Assembly: GCA_964389675.1 (NCBI GenBank)
Contig: CAYMEV010000003.1
Coordinates: forward strand, 191,109-223,998
Origin: an uncultured Candidatus Sumerlaeota bacterium
GTDB lineage: Bacteria; CAYMEV01
Length of the DNA: 32,890 nt
Reading direction: 5' to 3'
The position numbers were made by a program, and so were the translations under genes. Below, piece after piece: positions 18,504 through 29,173 of the stretch. Numbering within the stretch: the stretch's first letter is position 1; each line of letters starts with the position of its first letter. The notes beneath the pieces were generated by a model. The model ran no database searches. It worked only from the letters and a program-made list of their open reading frames with translations, and was not told the DNA's origin.

Positions 18504-19848
18504 ATTCCTTTGATATCCTTATATTTTGATTTGCAAGGTCCTGGGCATTGAAGGAGATATCCTCAAGGAGCTTTTCCATGATGGTATAAAGCCTTCTGGC
18601 ACCTATGTTCTCAGTCTGTTCATTTACATTAAAAGCCATCTCTGCAATGGTATCTATTGCCTGGTCATCAAACTCGATATTTACTTTTTCGGTCTTCAGC
18701 AATGCTTTATACTGTTTGATAAGGGCATTTTCAGGCTCCTTCAGTATCATGCAGAAATCATCTTTTGAGAGCGAGGACAGATGTACCCTTATAGGGAATC
18801 TTCCCTGAAGCTCAGGAATAAGGTCTGATGGTTTTGAGACATGAAATGCCCCGGCGGCAATGAACAGTATATTGTCGGTCTTTACGATTCCGAATTTTGT
18901 ATTTACTGTAGTTCCTTCGACAATGGGCAGGATATCCCTTTGTACACCCTCTCTTGATACATCAGGCCCATGGCTGGATTCTCTATGCGATATTTTATCT
19001 ATTTCATCAAGAAAGACAAGGCCATAGTTCTCAACCTTTTCTACAGCTATCTTCCTGACCTCTTCCTGGTCAATAAGCTTCTCCGTCTCCTCGTTCATAA
19101 TGTAATCCCTGGCATCCTTCACCTTCATCCTGGTCTTTTTTTTCTTCGTGGGGATCAACCCCGGGGGAAGGAAATCCATGATCTTCATATTCTCGAGGCC
19201 GGCATTTGAGAGGATCTCGATCTGGGGTATGCTTTGCGTATTTACGGATAATTCAATTTCCCTGTCGTCCAGAAGGCCTTTTTTTAGCCTGTCTCGAAGT
19301 ATCTCTCTTGTCTTGGAGGCTCTTTCCTCCTCATTTTTAAATCCTGGCAATAAAAGGTCCAGAAGCTTTTCTTCAACCTTTGCTTCTGCTTTTTCCGCGT
19401 ATTTCTTCTTCAGTTCTGTCTGGACCATATTATATGAGATATGCGTCAGGTCTCTGATTATGCTCTCGACATCCCTTCCGACATAGCCTACTTCGGTGAA
19501 TCTTGAGGCTTCAACCTTCAAAAACGGGCTCTTTGATATTTTAGACAGCCGCCTTGCGATCTCAGTCTTGCCGACTCCTGTGGGGCCTATCATGATTATA
19601 TTCTTGGGATAGACCTCGTTTTTCAGCTTTTCAGGTATATGCTTTCTCCTCCATCTGTTTCTCAGGGCTATGGCAACGGCCTTCTTGGCTTCCTTCTGGC
19701 CTACGATATAATTATCCAGTATTGCTACAATATCCTTTGGCTTCAGTGAGAATTCATCTAATTCTATATTATCACTACCTGTATTTATTGCTTTTTTATC
19801 GTCCTCTGAATTTTCATTATCCTTAATGCCGTCATGGTTTTCATTCAT
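18442..19848 (-). CDS. hslU: ATP-dependent protease ATPase subunit HslU
   Basis: PKNIIMIGPTGVGKTEIARRL, GYVGRDVESI, FLDEIDKI, VSREGVQRDILP, ENIGARRL. Confidence 0.98.
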   Translation of the reverse strand: MNENHDGIKDNENSEDDKKAINTGSDNIELDEFSLKPKDIVAILDNYIVGQKEAKKAVAIALRNRWRRKHIPEKLKNEVYPKNIIMIGPTGVGKTEIARRLSKISKSPFLKVEASRFTEVGYVGRDVESIIRDLTHISYNMVQTELKKKYAEKAEAKVEEKLLDLLLPGFKNEEERASKTREILRDRLKKGLLDDREIELSVNTQSIPQIEILSNAGLENMKIMDFLPPGLIPTKKKKTRMKVKDARDYIMNEETEKLIDQEEVRKIAVEKVENYGLVFLDEIDKISHRESSHGPDVSREGVQRDILPIVEGTTVNTKFGIVKTDNILFIAAGAFHVSKPSDLIPELQGRFPIRVHLSSLSKDDFCMILKEPENALIKQYKALLKTEKVNIEFDDQAIDTIAEMAFNVNEQTENIGARRLYTIMEKLLEDISFNAQDLANQNIRISKEYVKEKLNDLIQDQNLSKFIL

Positions 19849-19868
19849 GATTCTCTCCGTTTGTCCAG

Positions 19869-20414
19869 TTATTTTGATAATTTAAGGGTCAAAATGTTAT
19901 CATTGGTATATATACATATTGAAGCGGCAATTTTCAAGGATTTTAATACAATCGCCTCAGCGTCCAGGTCAGAGTTTTCAAGCAGGGCTATTGCTGCAGA
20001 TCTTGCATATTCACTGCCTGAGCCTATTGAAAGGATCCCGTTTTCGGGTTCAATTATGTCTCCGGAGCCTGATATTATTAATGACCTTTCTGCATCCGCA
20101 ACCCCCAGCATTGCCTCGAGCTTCCGCAGATACTTGTCATATCTCCATTCTTTTGCCAGCTCTACAGAGGCTCTAAGCAGATTGCCCCCGTATTCTGCAA
20201 GCTTTTTCTCGAATCTGTCAAAAAGGGTCAGGGCATCAGCGACAGACCCGGCAAAACCTGCTATGATACTGCCGTCATACAATGTCCTGAGCTTATTTGC
20301 CTTCTGCTTCATTACAACATTGCCGAATGTCACCTGTCCATCCCCGCCTAATACAACATCCGGCCCTTTCCTTACTGATAATATGGTCGTGCCTCTAAAT
20401 TCCATCATCGTCAT
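19869..20414 (-). CDS. hslV: ATP-dependent protease peptidase subunit HslV
   Basis: [48 protein letters not shown]. Confidence 0.97.
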   Translation of the reverse strand: MTMMEFRGTTILSVRKGPDVVLGGDGQVTFGNVVMKQKANKLRTLYDGSIIAGFAGSVADALTLFDRFEKKLAEYGGNLLRASVELAKEWRYDKYLRKLEAMLGVADAERSLIISGSGDIIEPENGILSIGSGSEYARSAAIALLENSDLDAEAIVLKSLKIAASICIYTNDNILTLKLSK

Positions 20415-21327
20415 TATTCTCCTTAGTATTCTTCCTGCTGTGCGGATGACTTTTCTGATAAGTCTCCCTTATTTTCTGCAGGTTCAAGTGGGTATATCTC
20501 TGGGTTGTATTTATTGAACTGTGCCCGAGCAGCTTGCTTATGATCTTTATTTCCGCCCCGTTCTCAAGAAGGTGGGTAGCATAGCTGTGCCTTATTGAAT
20601 GCGGGGATATGTCAGTCCTTCCCAGCACCCTGGCTGTAAAGCCCTTGACAATTTTTGCAATATGCCTCTGACATAGCCTTTTACCGTTTCTGCTTAAAAA
20701 AAGCGCTTTATCATCCCTGTTCTTGAGCCTGTTCCGCATGGTAGTTATATACTGCATAAGCCTTTCAATACAAATCTCATTGACAGGCACTATCCTTGTT
20801 TTGTTCCCTTTTCCTTCCACACGTATCTGTTTTCCGGCAAAATCCACAGAATCCATGTTCAGCTTATGGATCTCTGACAGCCTTATTCCGCTGGCATAAA
20901 GCAGTTCCAGTATTGCCAGGTCCCTGTAGGAGAGCTCAGACCTGACATCTGTATTTTCAAGCAGGTCCATAATTTCCCTTTGTGAGAGGAAAACAGGCAG
21001 AGATTTCCTCTTTTTGGGGAAGGGGACATCCTTTGCAGGGTTTTTGCTGATAGTTTCCGTTTTTATAAGGAATGAAAAAAAGGATTTCAGTGTGCTGAGC
21101 TTTCTCTCCATTGAGGAATATTCATACTGCTGCCTGCGGAGATGAAAAAGGTACTGATGGATTATCTCTCCAGTAAAATCGCCTATCTCAGAGATGCCAT
21201 TGTCCGATAAAAAATCTGTGAGATGTTCAAGGTCGTTCCTGTAAGCCTTTATTGTGTGACTGCTGTAAGCCTTTTCTATCCTTATGTACTCAATAAAACT
21301 TTCCACATATTCAATAATTTTATTCAT
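20395..21327 (-). CDS. xerC: Tyrosine recombinase XerC
   Basis: [57 protein letters not shown]; xerC-hslV-hslU order; start moved to 21327 to remove the overlap with the Omp85 gene. Confidence 0.9.
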   Translation of the reverse strand: MNKIIEYVESFIEYIRIEKAYSSHTIKAYRNDLEHLTDFLSDNGISEIGDFTGEIIHQYLFHLRRQQYEYSSMERKLSTLKSFFSFLIKTETISKNPAKDVPFPKKRKSLPVFLSQREIMDLLENTDVRSELSYRDLAILELLYASGIRLSEIHKLNMDSVDFAGKQIRVEGKGNKTRIVPVNEICIERLMQYITTMRNRLKNRDDKALFLSRNGKRLCQRHIAKIVKGFTARVLGRTDISPHSIRHSYATHLLENGAEIKIISKLLGHSSINTTQRYTHLNLQKIRETYQKSHPHSRKNTKENNDDDGI

Positions 21328-21397
21328 TTTTTTATTTATGTACTTATAATGTGCAAGAATGAGATCTTTGGCTTTTATTATATTTAAATTGGATAAA

Positions 21398-24094
21398 ATG
21401 ATAAAGAAAATATTTCCAGTTACCTTCGCCTTCATTGTATTTATCTGTTTTAACCTTGACAGCAGCGCTCTGGATATTGAAAGCCTGAAATCCAAAACCT
21501 ACGGTGATATTGCCATATCAGGAAGCACATTTACAGGAAAGGGGCAGCTGATTGACTTCCTTTCTCTCAACAGGGGGGAAAGATTCTCATATATAGAGGT
21601 CTCAATGGCTCTCAAAAAGCTGTTCAGGCTTGGCCTTTATGAAGATATCAGAATTAAGTATGAGCTTGAGGGTGAAGTTATTAACCTCGAATTTGTGCTG
21701 TTTGAAAAACGGGTATTAAAAAATATAATTATAACAGGAAGAAACCTCCCCTTTAAGAGGAAGAAGCTCCTGGAAATAATGGACCTGTATCATGGCAAGC
21801 TTATATCAGGAAGCAGTATTGAAAATGCGGTGAATAATCTCAGCCTCTTTTTTGATAATCAGGGGATAAAGGGCTCTGAAATAAGCTATAAGATAAATCT
21901 TTTTGATAATGAAGTGATCCTGGTCATTACCATAAAAAATGCCGGGTTTAAAAGAATAAACCGGGTAATATTAAAGGGTGTCAATGAAAACATTGAATCA
22001 GCATTCCAAAAGACCGGAAAATCCATTCAGGGCAGGATCATATCTGAAAGAGCGATAAATGATGTAGAATACTCGATTTCATCGCTTCTTGTCAGCAGGG
22101 GATACAGGGAAAGCCGTATTCTAAGCAGGGATATCATAAATATCAGCGATAATAAAGCTGACATTGTATTTAATATTGCATTGAACAACCGCTTTGCTGT
22201 TGAGATAAACGGGAATAAAGATTTTTCAGATAATGAAATAATGGAAAATGTCCCTCAGCTGGTAGATTTTATTAATAACCCGGAGGAAACTGAATTCATT
22301 GAGGGTATGCTCGATAAATTCTACAAGGACAGGGGCTATTTTCAGGCTGAAAGCAAAATAGGAGTAAAAGAGCTGAAGAAGGATTTTTATGTTCTGCAGA
22401 TAGATATAGATGAAGGCAGAAGATACAGGATCAGGGACCTTCTGGTATGGGTAGACGGCAGGATACAGAAATTATTTGATCAATATCTGCTCCTTGCCCC
22501 GGTCAGCCTGTATTCATATCCCCTTTATGAGAAAGAGAAGCTGGATAAGGATATCAACACCATCAGAAACTATTTTATTGATAAGGGCTATCTTGACGTG
22601 GAAGCTGATCACAGTATTTCTTTTATTGATAATATCAACCAGCTGATCCTGAACATTAATGTCAGCATGAATGATCAGTACCATGTAAGCGATATCACCG
22701 TTACAGGTGATATTATGCAGGAGCATAAGAGCTTTTATGAAAGCCTCGCCGCAAAATACAAAAGCAGGCCCTATAGCCCTGCTATCCTTTCAGAACTGAT
22801 GGACAGCATATACCATTACTACCTCACAAACGGCTATATTGATTTTGAGGCAAAAGCCATTGTAAATGATGATGATGATCATACCAAATCCATTAATCTG
22901 GATATATATGAGGGAAAGCCTTACAGCATAGGTAATATCATCTATGCAGGCAATCTGAAAACAAGCGGGAAGATACTGACCAGGAATTTCCAGATGCAGG
23001 ACGGTCTTCCCTATGATACATCGCTTCTGTTTATATTAAGACAGCAGTTATACAGCTCAGGATACTTCAAAAGGGTAAATATTGAGGAGTATGATTATTT
23101 TACATCTATCTTCCGTAAGGACTTTATAGTCCACCTTGAAGAGACGGATTTTGGAAATGCTTTCTTTTCAGTTGGTTATGATACAAAAGAAAGGCTCAGA
23201 ACACAGGTTGAATTCAGTTACCTCAATATCACCGGCTATGGCACAGACCTTTCAGTAGGCCTGAAAGTCAGTTCCATTGAAGAGCGCTATAATATAAGGT
23301 TCAGCAACAGATACCTGGTGAGAGACACAAATGTCATCTTTGATATATTCAATGAGTCACTTGAAAGGAATATCAAGAATGAAGAAATAAAAGGGACATC
23401 CCTTACCTTTTCAAGGCAGATCCAGAATACAGGCTTCAAGATTGACTTCGGATATGAATTTAAGGACATCCATTCTTTTGAGAAAAATTTCAAAAGCTCG
23501 GTAATAGGAAGCCTGTCAGCAACACTTATATATGATTCGAGGGATAATATACTCTTTCCGTCCCGGGGAGGGTTTTTCTTCGGAAACCTGAAATATGCGG
23601 ACAGCTTTCTATATTCTGATAATGATTTTGTCAGGACATTTTTTAAGGGAACTAGATATTTCCCTGTTTCCAGGCATGTTTTTGTAGTATCCCTTCAGAA
23701 TGGATTTAACTTTCCCCTGTATGATGAAAAGAGGGTACCTTATTCTGAAAGGTATTTTCTTGGTGGAAGGCTTACCATGAGAGGATATGAAAGGAACAGC
23801 ATCGCTCCCGATTTCTTCGGGGAACCCTTCGGAGGCAATGCCATGTTTCTCCTGAATGCTGAATTAAGGCTTGACATCGCATATGGCTTCGGTATTACAT
23901 TATTTTTTGATACAGGTAATGTATGGGAGCATAATGAGGATTTTGATTTCGAAGATCTAAGGGCCGATGCAGGGTTCGGCATCTTTTACAATACGCCGGT
24001 AGGGCCTGTAAGGCTTGATATAGGATTTAAGCTTTCTTCCGAACCTGGAGAAAGGACAAGTGAATATTTTTTCAATTTCGGCCATCCATTTTAG
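21398..24094 (+). CDS. Omp85 (BamA/TamA-like) outer-membrane protein with about 7 POTRA domains
   Basis: Signal peptide, repeated POTRA patterns (I.I.GN..Y...GY....I.EG), barrel with [24 protein letters not shown], terminal FNFGHPF. Confidence 0.9.
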   Translation: MIKKIFPVTFAFIVFICFNLDSSALDIESLKSKTYGDIAISGSTFTGKGQLIDFLSLNRGERFSYIEVSMALKKLFRLGLYEDIRIKYELEGEVINLEFVLFEKRVLKNIIITGRNLPFKRKKLLEIMDLYHGKLISGSSIENAVNNLSLFFDNQGIKGSEISYKINLFDNEVILVITIKNAGFKRINRVILKGVNENIESAFQKTGKSIQGRIISERAINDVEYSISSLLVSRGYRESRILSRDIINISDNKADIVFNIALNNRFAVEINGNKDFSDNEIMENVPQLVDFINNPEETEFIEGMLDKFYKDRGYFQAESKIGVKELKKDFYVLQIDIDEGRRYRIRDLLVWVDGRIQKLFDQYLLLAPVSLYSYPLYEKEKLDKDINTIRNYFIDKGYLDVEADHSISFIDNINQLILNINVSMNDQYHVSDITVTGDIMQEHKSFYESLAAKYKSRPYSPAILSELMDSIYHYYLTNGYIDFEAKAIVNDDDDHTKSINLDIYEGKPYSIGNIIYAGNLKTSGKILTRNFQMQDGLPYDTSLLFILRQQLYSSGYFKRVNIEEYDYFTSIFRKDFIVHLEETDFGNAFFSVGYDTKERLRTQVEFSYLNITGYGTDLSVGLKVSSIEERYNIRFSNRYLVRDTNVIFDIFNESLERNIKNEEIKGTSLTFSRQIQNTGFKIDFGYEFKDIHSFEKNFKSSVIGSLSATLIYDSRDNILFPSRGGFFFGNLKYADSFLYSDNDFVRTFFKGTRYFPVSRHVFVVSLQNGFNFPLYDEKRVPYSERYFLGGRLTMRGYERNSIAPDFFGEPFGGNAMFLLNAELRLDIAYGFGITLFFDTGNVWEHNEDFDFEDLRADAGFGIFYNTPVGPVRLDIGFKLSSEPGERTSEYFFNFGHPF

Positions 24095-24109
24095 CCAGGA
24101 GTTTGATAT

Positions 24110-24721
24110 ATGAAACAGGAGAATATCATTAAACATGAGCATGCGGTAAAAAGAGATTCGCGGGAGGAGAATGCAGGGCATAAGGGAGCAGTAGTCTGGA
24201 TCACGGGCCTGTCAGGTTCCGGCAAATCAACGATAGCCAACAGACTGGAAACCCGGCTCTGGAAAATGGGCTGCAGGACCTATATCCTGGACGGTGATAA
24301 TATCAGAATGGGCCTGAACAAAGACCTGGGCTTTTCAGATGAGGATAGAAAGGAGAATATCAGGAGGATTTCAGAGGTTGCTTCTTTATTTGCAGATTCT
24401 GCAGCAATAGTCATTACGGCATTTATTTCTCCATTTGAGGCTGACCGCCAGTATGCAAGGTCACTTGTTGATAATGGGCGTTTTATTGAAGTTTATGCAA
24501 AGTGCCCTATCAATATCTGTGAAGAAAGGGACCCTAAAAACCTGTACAAAAAGGCCAGGAAAGGATCTATAAAAGACTTTACAGGCATTGCATCCTCCTA
24601 TGAAGAGCCGGGGGCTCCTGAGATAATAATTGAAACACATAAATTATCCGTTGAAGAATCTGTTGAAAAAATTATCAGAAAGTTGTATGAATTAAATATT
24701 ATTAAAAATAACAAGGTTTAG
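24110..24721 (+). CDS. cysC: Adenylyl-sulfate (APS) kinase
   Basis: WITGLSGSGKSTIA, LDGDNIR.GLNKDLGFS..DRKENIRR, AFISPF, RDPK.LYKKAR, FTGI..YE.P. Confidence 0.96.
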   Translation: MKQENIIKHEHAVKRDSREENAGHKGAVVWITGLSGSGKSTIANRLETRLWKMGCRTYILDGDNIRMGLNKDLGFSDEDRKENIRRISEVASLFADSAAIVITAFISPFEADRQYARSLVDNGRFIEVYAKCPINICEERDPKNLYKKARKGSIKDFTGIASSYEEPGAPEIIIETHKLSVEESVEKIIRKLYELNIIKNNKV

Positions 24722-24757
24722 TTATAGTTTTAGAATAAAAGATTTAGGAGAACTGGT

Positions 24758-25936
24758 ATGAAACTGAGAATGATTATGATCGTAATGTTTGCTTTCCATA
24801 TTGCAATTCCGCTGTGTGCCCTGGAATATGATGATTTCTTCCCTGAATCCATGGGGCTGGGGGGTGCTTATACAGCTGTCCTGGACAGCCCTGTATCGGT
24901 CTTTTATAATCCTGCCAGCCTGTATTTCTACAATGACGCAGTTAAGCCCGTATATTACCTGTCTTTCGGATACGGGAAAAGGGGCTATGAAAACCATGAT
25001 TTCTTAAATTATGCTGAACAGCTGGCTGATGTGATCGGAAAGCCATACGGCGAATGGGATGATATGGATCTTGATGAGCTTATCGGAGGTTTTCAGGGTA
25101 TCAGTGACTCGGATCCATCCTTAAACGGCGGGACAGGGTACAGCTTTCTGGTATGCAGGGACGGATTTGCAGTGTACTATATTGAACAGGAATATTCTGA
25201 TACCGTATTTGAAATTGACATGGAAAAAATTAATTATACCAGTCAGGATGACCCTGATTCCATACTGAATAATACCAGCATGCTTGAATTCTACGGTATT
25301 AAAATAAGCCAGTACTGCATAAGCTATTCCAATGCCCTGGATAATGACCTTTTTATCGGCACGACCTTCAAGTTCATTACCGCTGACTCCTATTATGATA
25401 CTATGGGACTGTTTGAAATGAACGGCCTTAAGGGAAGGGATACTGAATATTATATTGACAGTTCATTTGCCGGAAATCAGGAATCAAGCAATGATTATAC
25501 ATTTGATATTGGTATGCTGATGAAACTTGGACAGTGGGGACTTCTTGGCTTTACGGCAAAGAATATAAAGAAGGTTGAGCTTGAAGGGGCTTTTGAAGAA
25601 ATAAAGATCAGCCCTCAGTACAGGGTTGGATTCACATTGTTCTTATCACCCAGCGCATTTATTACAATTGACCGTGACCTTACAGAGAATGATACCCTTT
25701 CAAGCGAGATCAAGAGCCAGAAACTCAGCATAGGCATTCAGAAGTCATTTTTTGAAGATTCATTCGTACTGCGTGCAGGGGCAAGAAAGGATGATAAAAG
25801 CAGGGAATCAGCATGGCGCTATTATTTCGGGGCAGGCCTGCGAATAGCGGATTATCTGGATTTCCAGGGATCATATCATTATGCATCATCCGATGATTCT
25901 TTTGATTATCAATGGGGATTGAACCTTATTCTGTAG
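24758..25936 (+). CDS. Outer-membrane beta-barrel, TraF_2/FadL/PorV-like family
   Basis: Signal peptide; SMGLGGAYTAV.D..SVFYNPASL hatch motif; alternating amphipathic strands (FDIGML, QYRVG, VLRAG, FGAGL). Confidence 0.7.
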   Translation: MKLRMIMIVMFAFHIAIPLCALEYDDFFPESMGLGGAYTAVLDSPVSVFYNPASLYFYNDAVKPVYYLSFGYGKRGYENHDFLNYAEQLADVIGKPYGEWDDMDLDELIGGFQGISDSDPSLNGGTGYSFLVCRDGFAVYYIEQEYSDTVFEIDMEKINYTSQDDPDSILNNTSMLEFYGIKISQYCISYSNALDNDLFIGTTFKFITADSYYDTMGLFEMNGLKGRDTEYYIDSSFAGNQESSNDYTFDIGMLMKLGQWGLLGFTAKNIKKVELEGAFEEIKISPQYRVGFTLFLSPSAFITIDRDLTENDTLSSEIKSQKLSIGIQKSFFEDSFVLRAGARKDDKSRESAWRYYFGAGLRIADYLDFQGSYHYASSDDSFDYQWGLNLIL

Positions 25937-26144
25937 GATACTGCAGTATTATTTCTGAAAGAACTTGTTCAAGAATCCTTTTGATCCCTTTTCCTTAAGG
26001 ATAATTTCTGCCAGTTCCCTTGTCCTCTGATTTTGAGGAAGCCTCTTGATCATCTCAAGGGCTTTGCGCTTATTGCCTGTCTTGCACAGGTAAAGGCTGT
26101 AATCTGCAACAATATCAGGATTATTCGGATCTTTTCCGAGAGCT
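25935..26144 (+). repeat. 210-bp perfect direct repeat, left copy (identical to 30605-30814)
   Basis: Base-by-base identity from AGGATACTGCAG to CCGAGAGCT at offset 4670. Confidence 0.97.
25949..26144 (-). pseudogene. Orphaned 3' fragment (last 64 codons plus stop) of the pseudokinase-TPR gene
   Basis: ALGKDPNNPDIV...FLNKFFQK is identical to the C-terminus of 30619-32799. Confidence 0.9.
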
Positions 26145-26416
26145 AAAAACAAGTATCAAGCGACTGGTTTTAAGAGAGCCTTTACTGGTATTACTGCTGA
26201 AGCAATGTTATCCGTCCCCTTTGCTTCAGGCCAAAGCAGGGGCGTAGCCGCCTGCACCGCCAAAGTGTCAAATACACCAAATAATCTCTGCTGTCCCCCG
26301 CGGACCGGCCAGACATAGCTGAGGCTCGTCTTATAGTAGCCGTCCACAGGGCCAAAGCTCATAAACACGTGTACCACACATGGCAAGTATCGTTTGCAAT
26401 CGTAGTAGACGACCAG

Positions 26417-26533
26417 GTTGCAGCCTTTGCAATTATGGGAGATAAGCTTTATGCAGGAGGGGAGTTTATAACAGCAGGGGATAAACCTTCCCGTTATATA
26501 GCCTGCTGGCACATGCATGAAGAAGAATAAAAA
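26417..26533 (+). repeat. 117-bp near-identical copy of the beta-propeller gene 3' end (matches 28970-29086)
   Basis: Offset 2553; only two mismatches (26426T/28979A, 26486C/29039T); includes the TAA stop. Confidence 0.95.
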
Positions 26534-26557
26534 GCTATTAATCTTATACTCCAGATA

Positions 26558-26586
26558 TTGATTTTTAAGAATCTTTATGTTATGAT
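26558..26586 (+). promoter_or_regulatory. Putative sigma70 promoter for the beta-propeller gene
   Basis: TTGATT-17 nt-TATGAT with extended -10 TGn. Confidence 0.6.
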
Positions 26587-26656
26587 CCAGTTTACAATAT
26601 AATTGCCATTTCCTTATATCTCCATGGCTTTTATTTACAAGAAGGAGTACCTGAAC

Positions 26657-29083
26657 ATGAGAAGAATGACACTTTTCTTAGTATTTTTCTATATCTGCTT
26701 TTCCTATATGGGGATCTCGCTATTTAACTATTCAGTGATTTATGCAGAAGATATCTCATGCAATAATAAAGAGGGCAACTGCTACTGGGACGACAGATTC
26801 TTCAATCATGAAGAGGACGGCAGAATATCTGCTATTGCCTTTATGAATGGCAGCATCTATGTAGGTGGGATCTTTAAGACCATAGGAGGAGAAACGGTAA
26901 ACAATATAGCCCGATGGGACGGAAAGAGATGGCATGCCCTTGGTAAAGGAGTGAGCTATATGGTCAATGCCCTTGCGTTTATGGGTAATGATCTTTATGT
27001 AGGGGGGCACTTTAATACTGCAGGAGAAATTAAAGCAAACAATATAGCCCGATGGGACGGGGAGAAATGGCATGCCCTTGATATGGGAGTTAGCTTTATG
27101 GTCAATACCCTTGCAGTTATGGGTAATGACCTCTATGTAGGGGGACGCTTTGATACAGCAGGGGGAATTGAAGCAAACAGTATAGCCAGGTGGGATGGGG
27201 AGAGATGGTCAGGTCTGGGGAAGGGACTGAGGGATGGCGATCGTTGCGGTTATGTAACTTCACTTATATTTCGCGGAAATGATCTTTATGTCTCCGGAAT
27301 CTTCGATAAAGCAGGAGATCTGGATATAAGGGGGATAGCTGTGTGGGATGGGGCAAAATGGTCATCACTCGGAGATAGATATGAAGAGGATCTGCCTGAT
27401 TCAGAGTCTGAAAAACAGGCAGACAAAGATGCCATTAAGCATGAATACCGGTGGTTAAGGGGAAGTGTTAGCACTATAATTTTTTGGAGAGATGATATGT
27501 ATGCCGGAGGATTATTTCATTTACGGAGATATCGAGATAATAGACCTGTTGGAGTAACTATTGAAAATATTGCAAGGTGGGACGGTAAAGACTGGCACTC
27601 AATGGGACACCGTCTAGTAAATTTGGAGAATAAACAGCAATTAATGGATACTGTATCTTCTATCGTTTTATTGGGCAGTGATCTTTATGCGGTGGGGAGC
27701 TTTGATAATGTAGGACATAAGAATATATCAAATATAGCAGTATGGGATGGAAATGAATGGCGCGCATTTAACGATGGGATATCCAATCATGTCTTTATCC
27801 ATATAATAAAAAATATAAATAATGAACTCTATGCAGGCGGGAGTTTTAAAAACCCCGAAGGGGTGGTGATGTTTGGCTTTGCCCGATGGGACGGAGAAAA
27901 TTGGCAGATGCTGGGGGATAAGACAGGAATGGGTCTGGCTACTACTGAAAAAAAGGCATCGATGGTTGGTCTTGTTTATAGAGATCCGGCTGTATATGCA
28001 CTAGCTTCTAATAAAGACATAATATATGCAGGCGGGGTATTTAATAGAGCAGGCGGTATAAAAGCAAATTACATTGCAAAATGGAATGGAGAAAATTGGC
28101 AACCCCTTGGGGAGGGGATTAATAATGGCCAGTGGGGATTAGTATATGCCATTGCCGTTAAAGGAGATAATGTCTATGTCGGGGGCAGTTTTAAGACCGC
28201 GGGTGAAACAGAAGCAAACAATATAGCCCGGTGGGACGGGGAGAAATGGTCAGCTCTGGGAATGGGAATAGATGGTACAGTCTATGCTATGGCAATATTA
28301 GGCCGATATCTTTATGTCGGGGGGAGATTTACCAGGGCAGGGGATGCAGAAGCAAACAATATAGCCCGGTGGGATGGGGAAAAATGGTCAGCTCTGGGAA
28401 AGGGAATTGGACATATTTATCCTTTTTTTGAGGATTATTCTTATGAAGAGGTAAGCATCAGTGGGGGTGATCTCATTGTCGAAACAGAATATCCCCCCGG
28501 TGCAATAAGATCTTCTGTTTATGCCATGGCAGTCAGAGGAGATATCCTGTATGTAGGGGGATTATTCTCAAATGCAGATGAGAAGGAAATATTCTCTATC
28601 GCTAAATGGGACGGGAAAGAATGGTCAGCCTTAGGAGATGGTATAACCGGTATTGTTTATTCTTTAGCTGTAAACAATGACACTCTGTATGCAGGGGGGA
28701 CCTTTACCAGATCAGGAGATACAGAACTGGTTAATATCGCTCAGTGGGATGGTAAGAGATGGACTCCTCTCGGAGCTGGAATGGACCATGGGGTCTATGC
28801 ACTGGCTTTATTCAGAGATAAGCTTTATGCAGGCGGGTCCTTCAAGACAGCGGGGGGAACCGCAGTGAACAGGATAGCACTATGGGACGGCGAGAATTGG
28901 TATCCGCTGGGTTCAGGAATTAAAGACTTGAACACTTTTGCGGGGATTCCATGGGGATATGGCCCAGGCGTTGCAGCCATTGCAATTATGGGAGATAAGC
29001 TTTATGCAGGAGGGGAGTTTATAACAGCAGGGGATAAATCTTCCCGTTATATAGCCTGCTGGCACATGCATGAAGAAGAATAA
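26657..29083 (+). CDS. Secreted repeat protein, predicted 14-blade (2x7) beta-propeller, Rax2/galactose-oxidase-like
   Basis: AAGGAG RBS before ATG 26657; hydrophobic signal; 14 repeats of V.ALA..G..LYVGG.F..AG...ANNIARWDG..W..LG.G. Confidence 0.85.
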   Translation: MRRMTLFLVFFYICFSYMGISLFNYSVIYAEDISCNNKEGNCYWDDRFFNHEEDGRISAIAFMNGSIYVGGIFKTIGGETVNNIARWDGKRWHALGKGVSYMVNALAFMGNDLYVGGHFNTAGEIKANNIARWDGEKWHALDMGVSFMVNTLAVMGNDLYVGGRFDTAGGIEANSIARWDGERWSGLGKGLRDGDRCGYVTSLIFRGNDLYVSGIFDKAGDLDIRGIAVWDGAKWSSLGDRYEEDLPDSESEKQADKDAIKHEYRWLRGSVSTIIFWRDDMYAGGLFHLRRYRDNRPVGVTIENIARWDGKDWHSMGHRLVNLENKQQLMDTVSSIVLLGSDLYAVGSFDNVGHKNISNIAVWDGNEWRAFNDGISNHVFIHIIKNINNELYAGGSFKNPEGVVMFGFARWDGENWQMLGDKTGMGLATTEKKASMVGLVYRDPAVYALASNKDIIYAGGVFNRAGGIKANYIAKWNGENWQPLGEGINNGQWGLVYAIAVKGDNVYVGGSFKTAGETEANNIARWDGEKWSALGMGIDGTVYAMAILGRYLYVGGRFTRAGDAEANNIARWDGEKWSALGKGIGHIYPFFEDYSYEEVSISGGDLIVETEYPPGAIRSSVYAMAVRGDILYVGGLFSNADEKEIFSIAKWDGKEWSALGDGITGIVYSLAVNNDTLYAGGTFTRSGDTELVNIAQWDGKRWTPLGAGMDHGVYALALFRDKLYAGGSFKTAGGTAVNRIALWDGENWYPLGSGIKDLNTFAGIPWGYGPGVAAIAIMGDKLYAGGEFITAGDKSSRYIACWHMHEEE

Positions 29084-29173
29084 AAAAAGGTAGTATCAAT
29101 GGCTCCCTGAATATTTTTGAAAAAAGAGATAATTTAAATAATTCATCTATAAGATTGCAGGAGGATAAATGAA

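Noticed and set aside
19834-20517. 227-aa plus-strand ORF and other short ORFs overlapping core genes
   Set aside because: Shadow ORFs antisense or out of frame to well-supported genes, with no motifs
20395-21327. XerC as the islet's integrase
   Set aside because: It lies outside the repeats in the housekeeping xerC-hslV-hslU context, and I see no dif-like site at the islet junctions
21328-21495. Long N-terminal extension of XerC overlapping the Omp85 gene head-to-head
   Set aside because: ORF-caller artefact; starts at 21327 (-) and 21398 (+) give normal proteins with a 70-bp divergent spacer
24758-25936. Evidence of a conjugative element from the TraF-like gene
   Set aside because: This barrel family is often chromosomal, and no relaxase, VirB4 or other tra genes are present
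26156-26518. 120-aa minus-strand ORF as a real gene
   Set aside because: Its start lies in the antisense of the duplicated propeller end; it is chimeric with no recognisable motif
26850-28950. CRISPR-like or non-coding repeat array
   Set aside because: The repeats are in-frame, degenerate protein repeats (138-bp period) inside one CDS; no cas genes
26417-29086. Diversity-generating retroelement TR/VR pair
   Set aside because: Only two mismatches, not confined to template adenines on either strand, and no reverse transcriptase in the window
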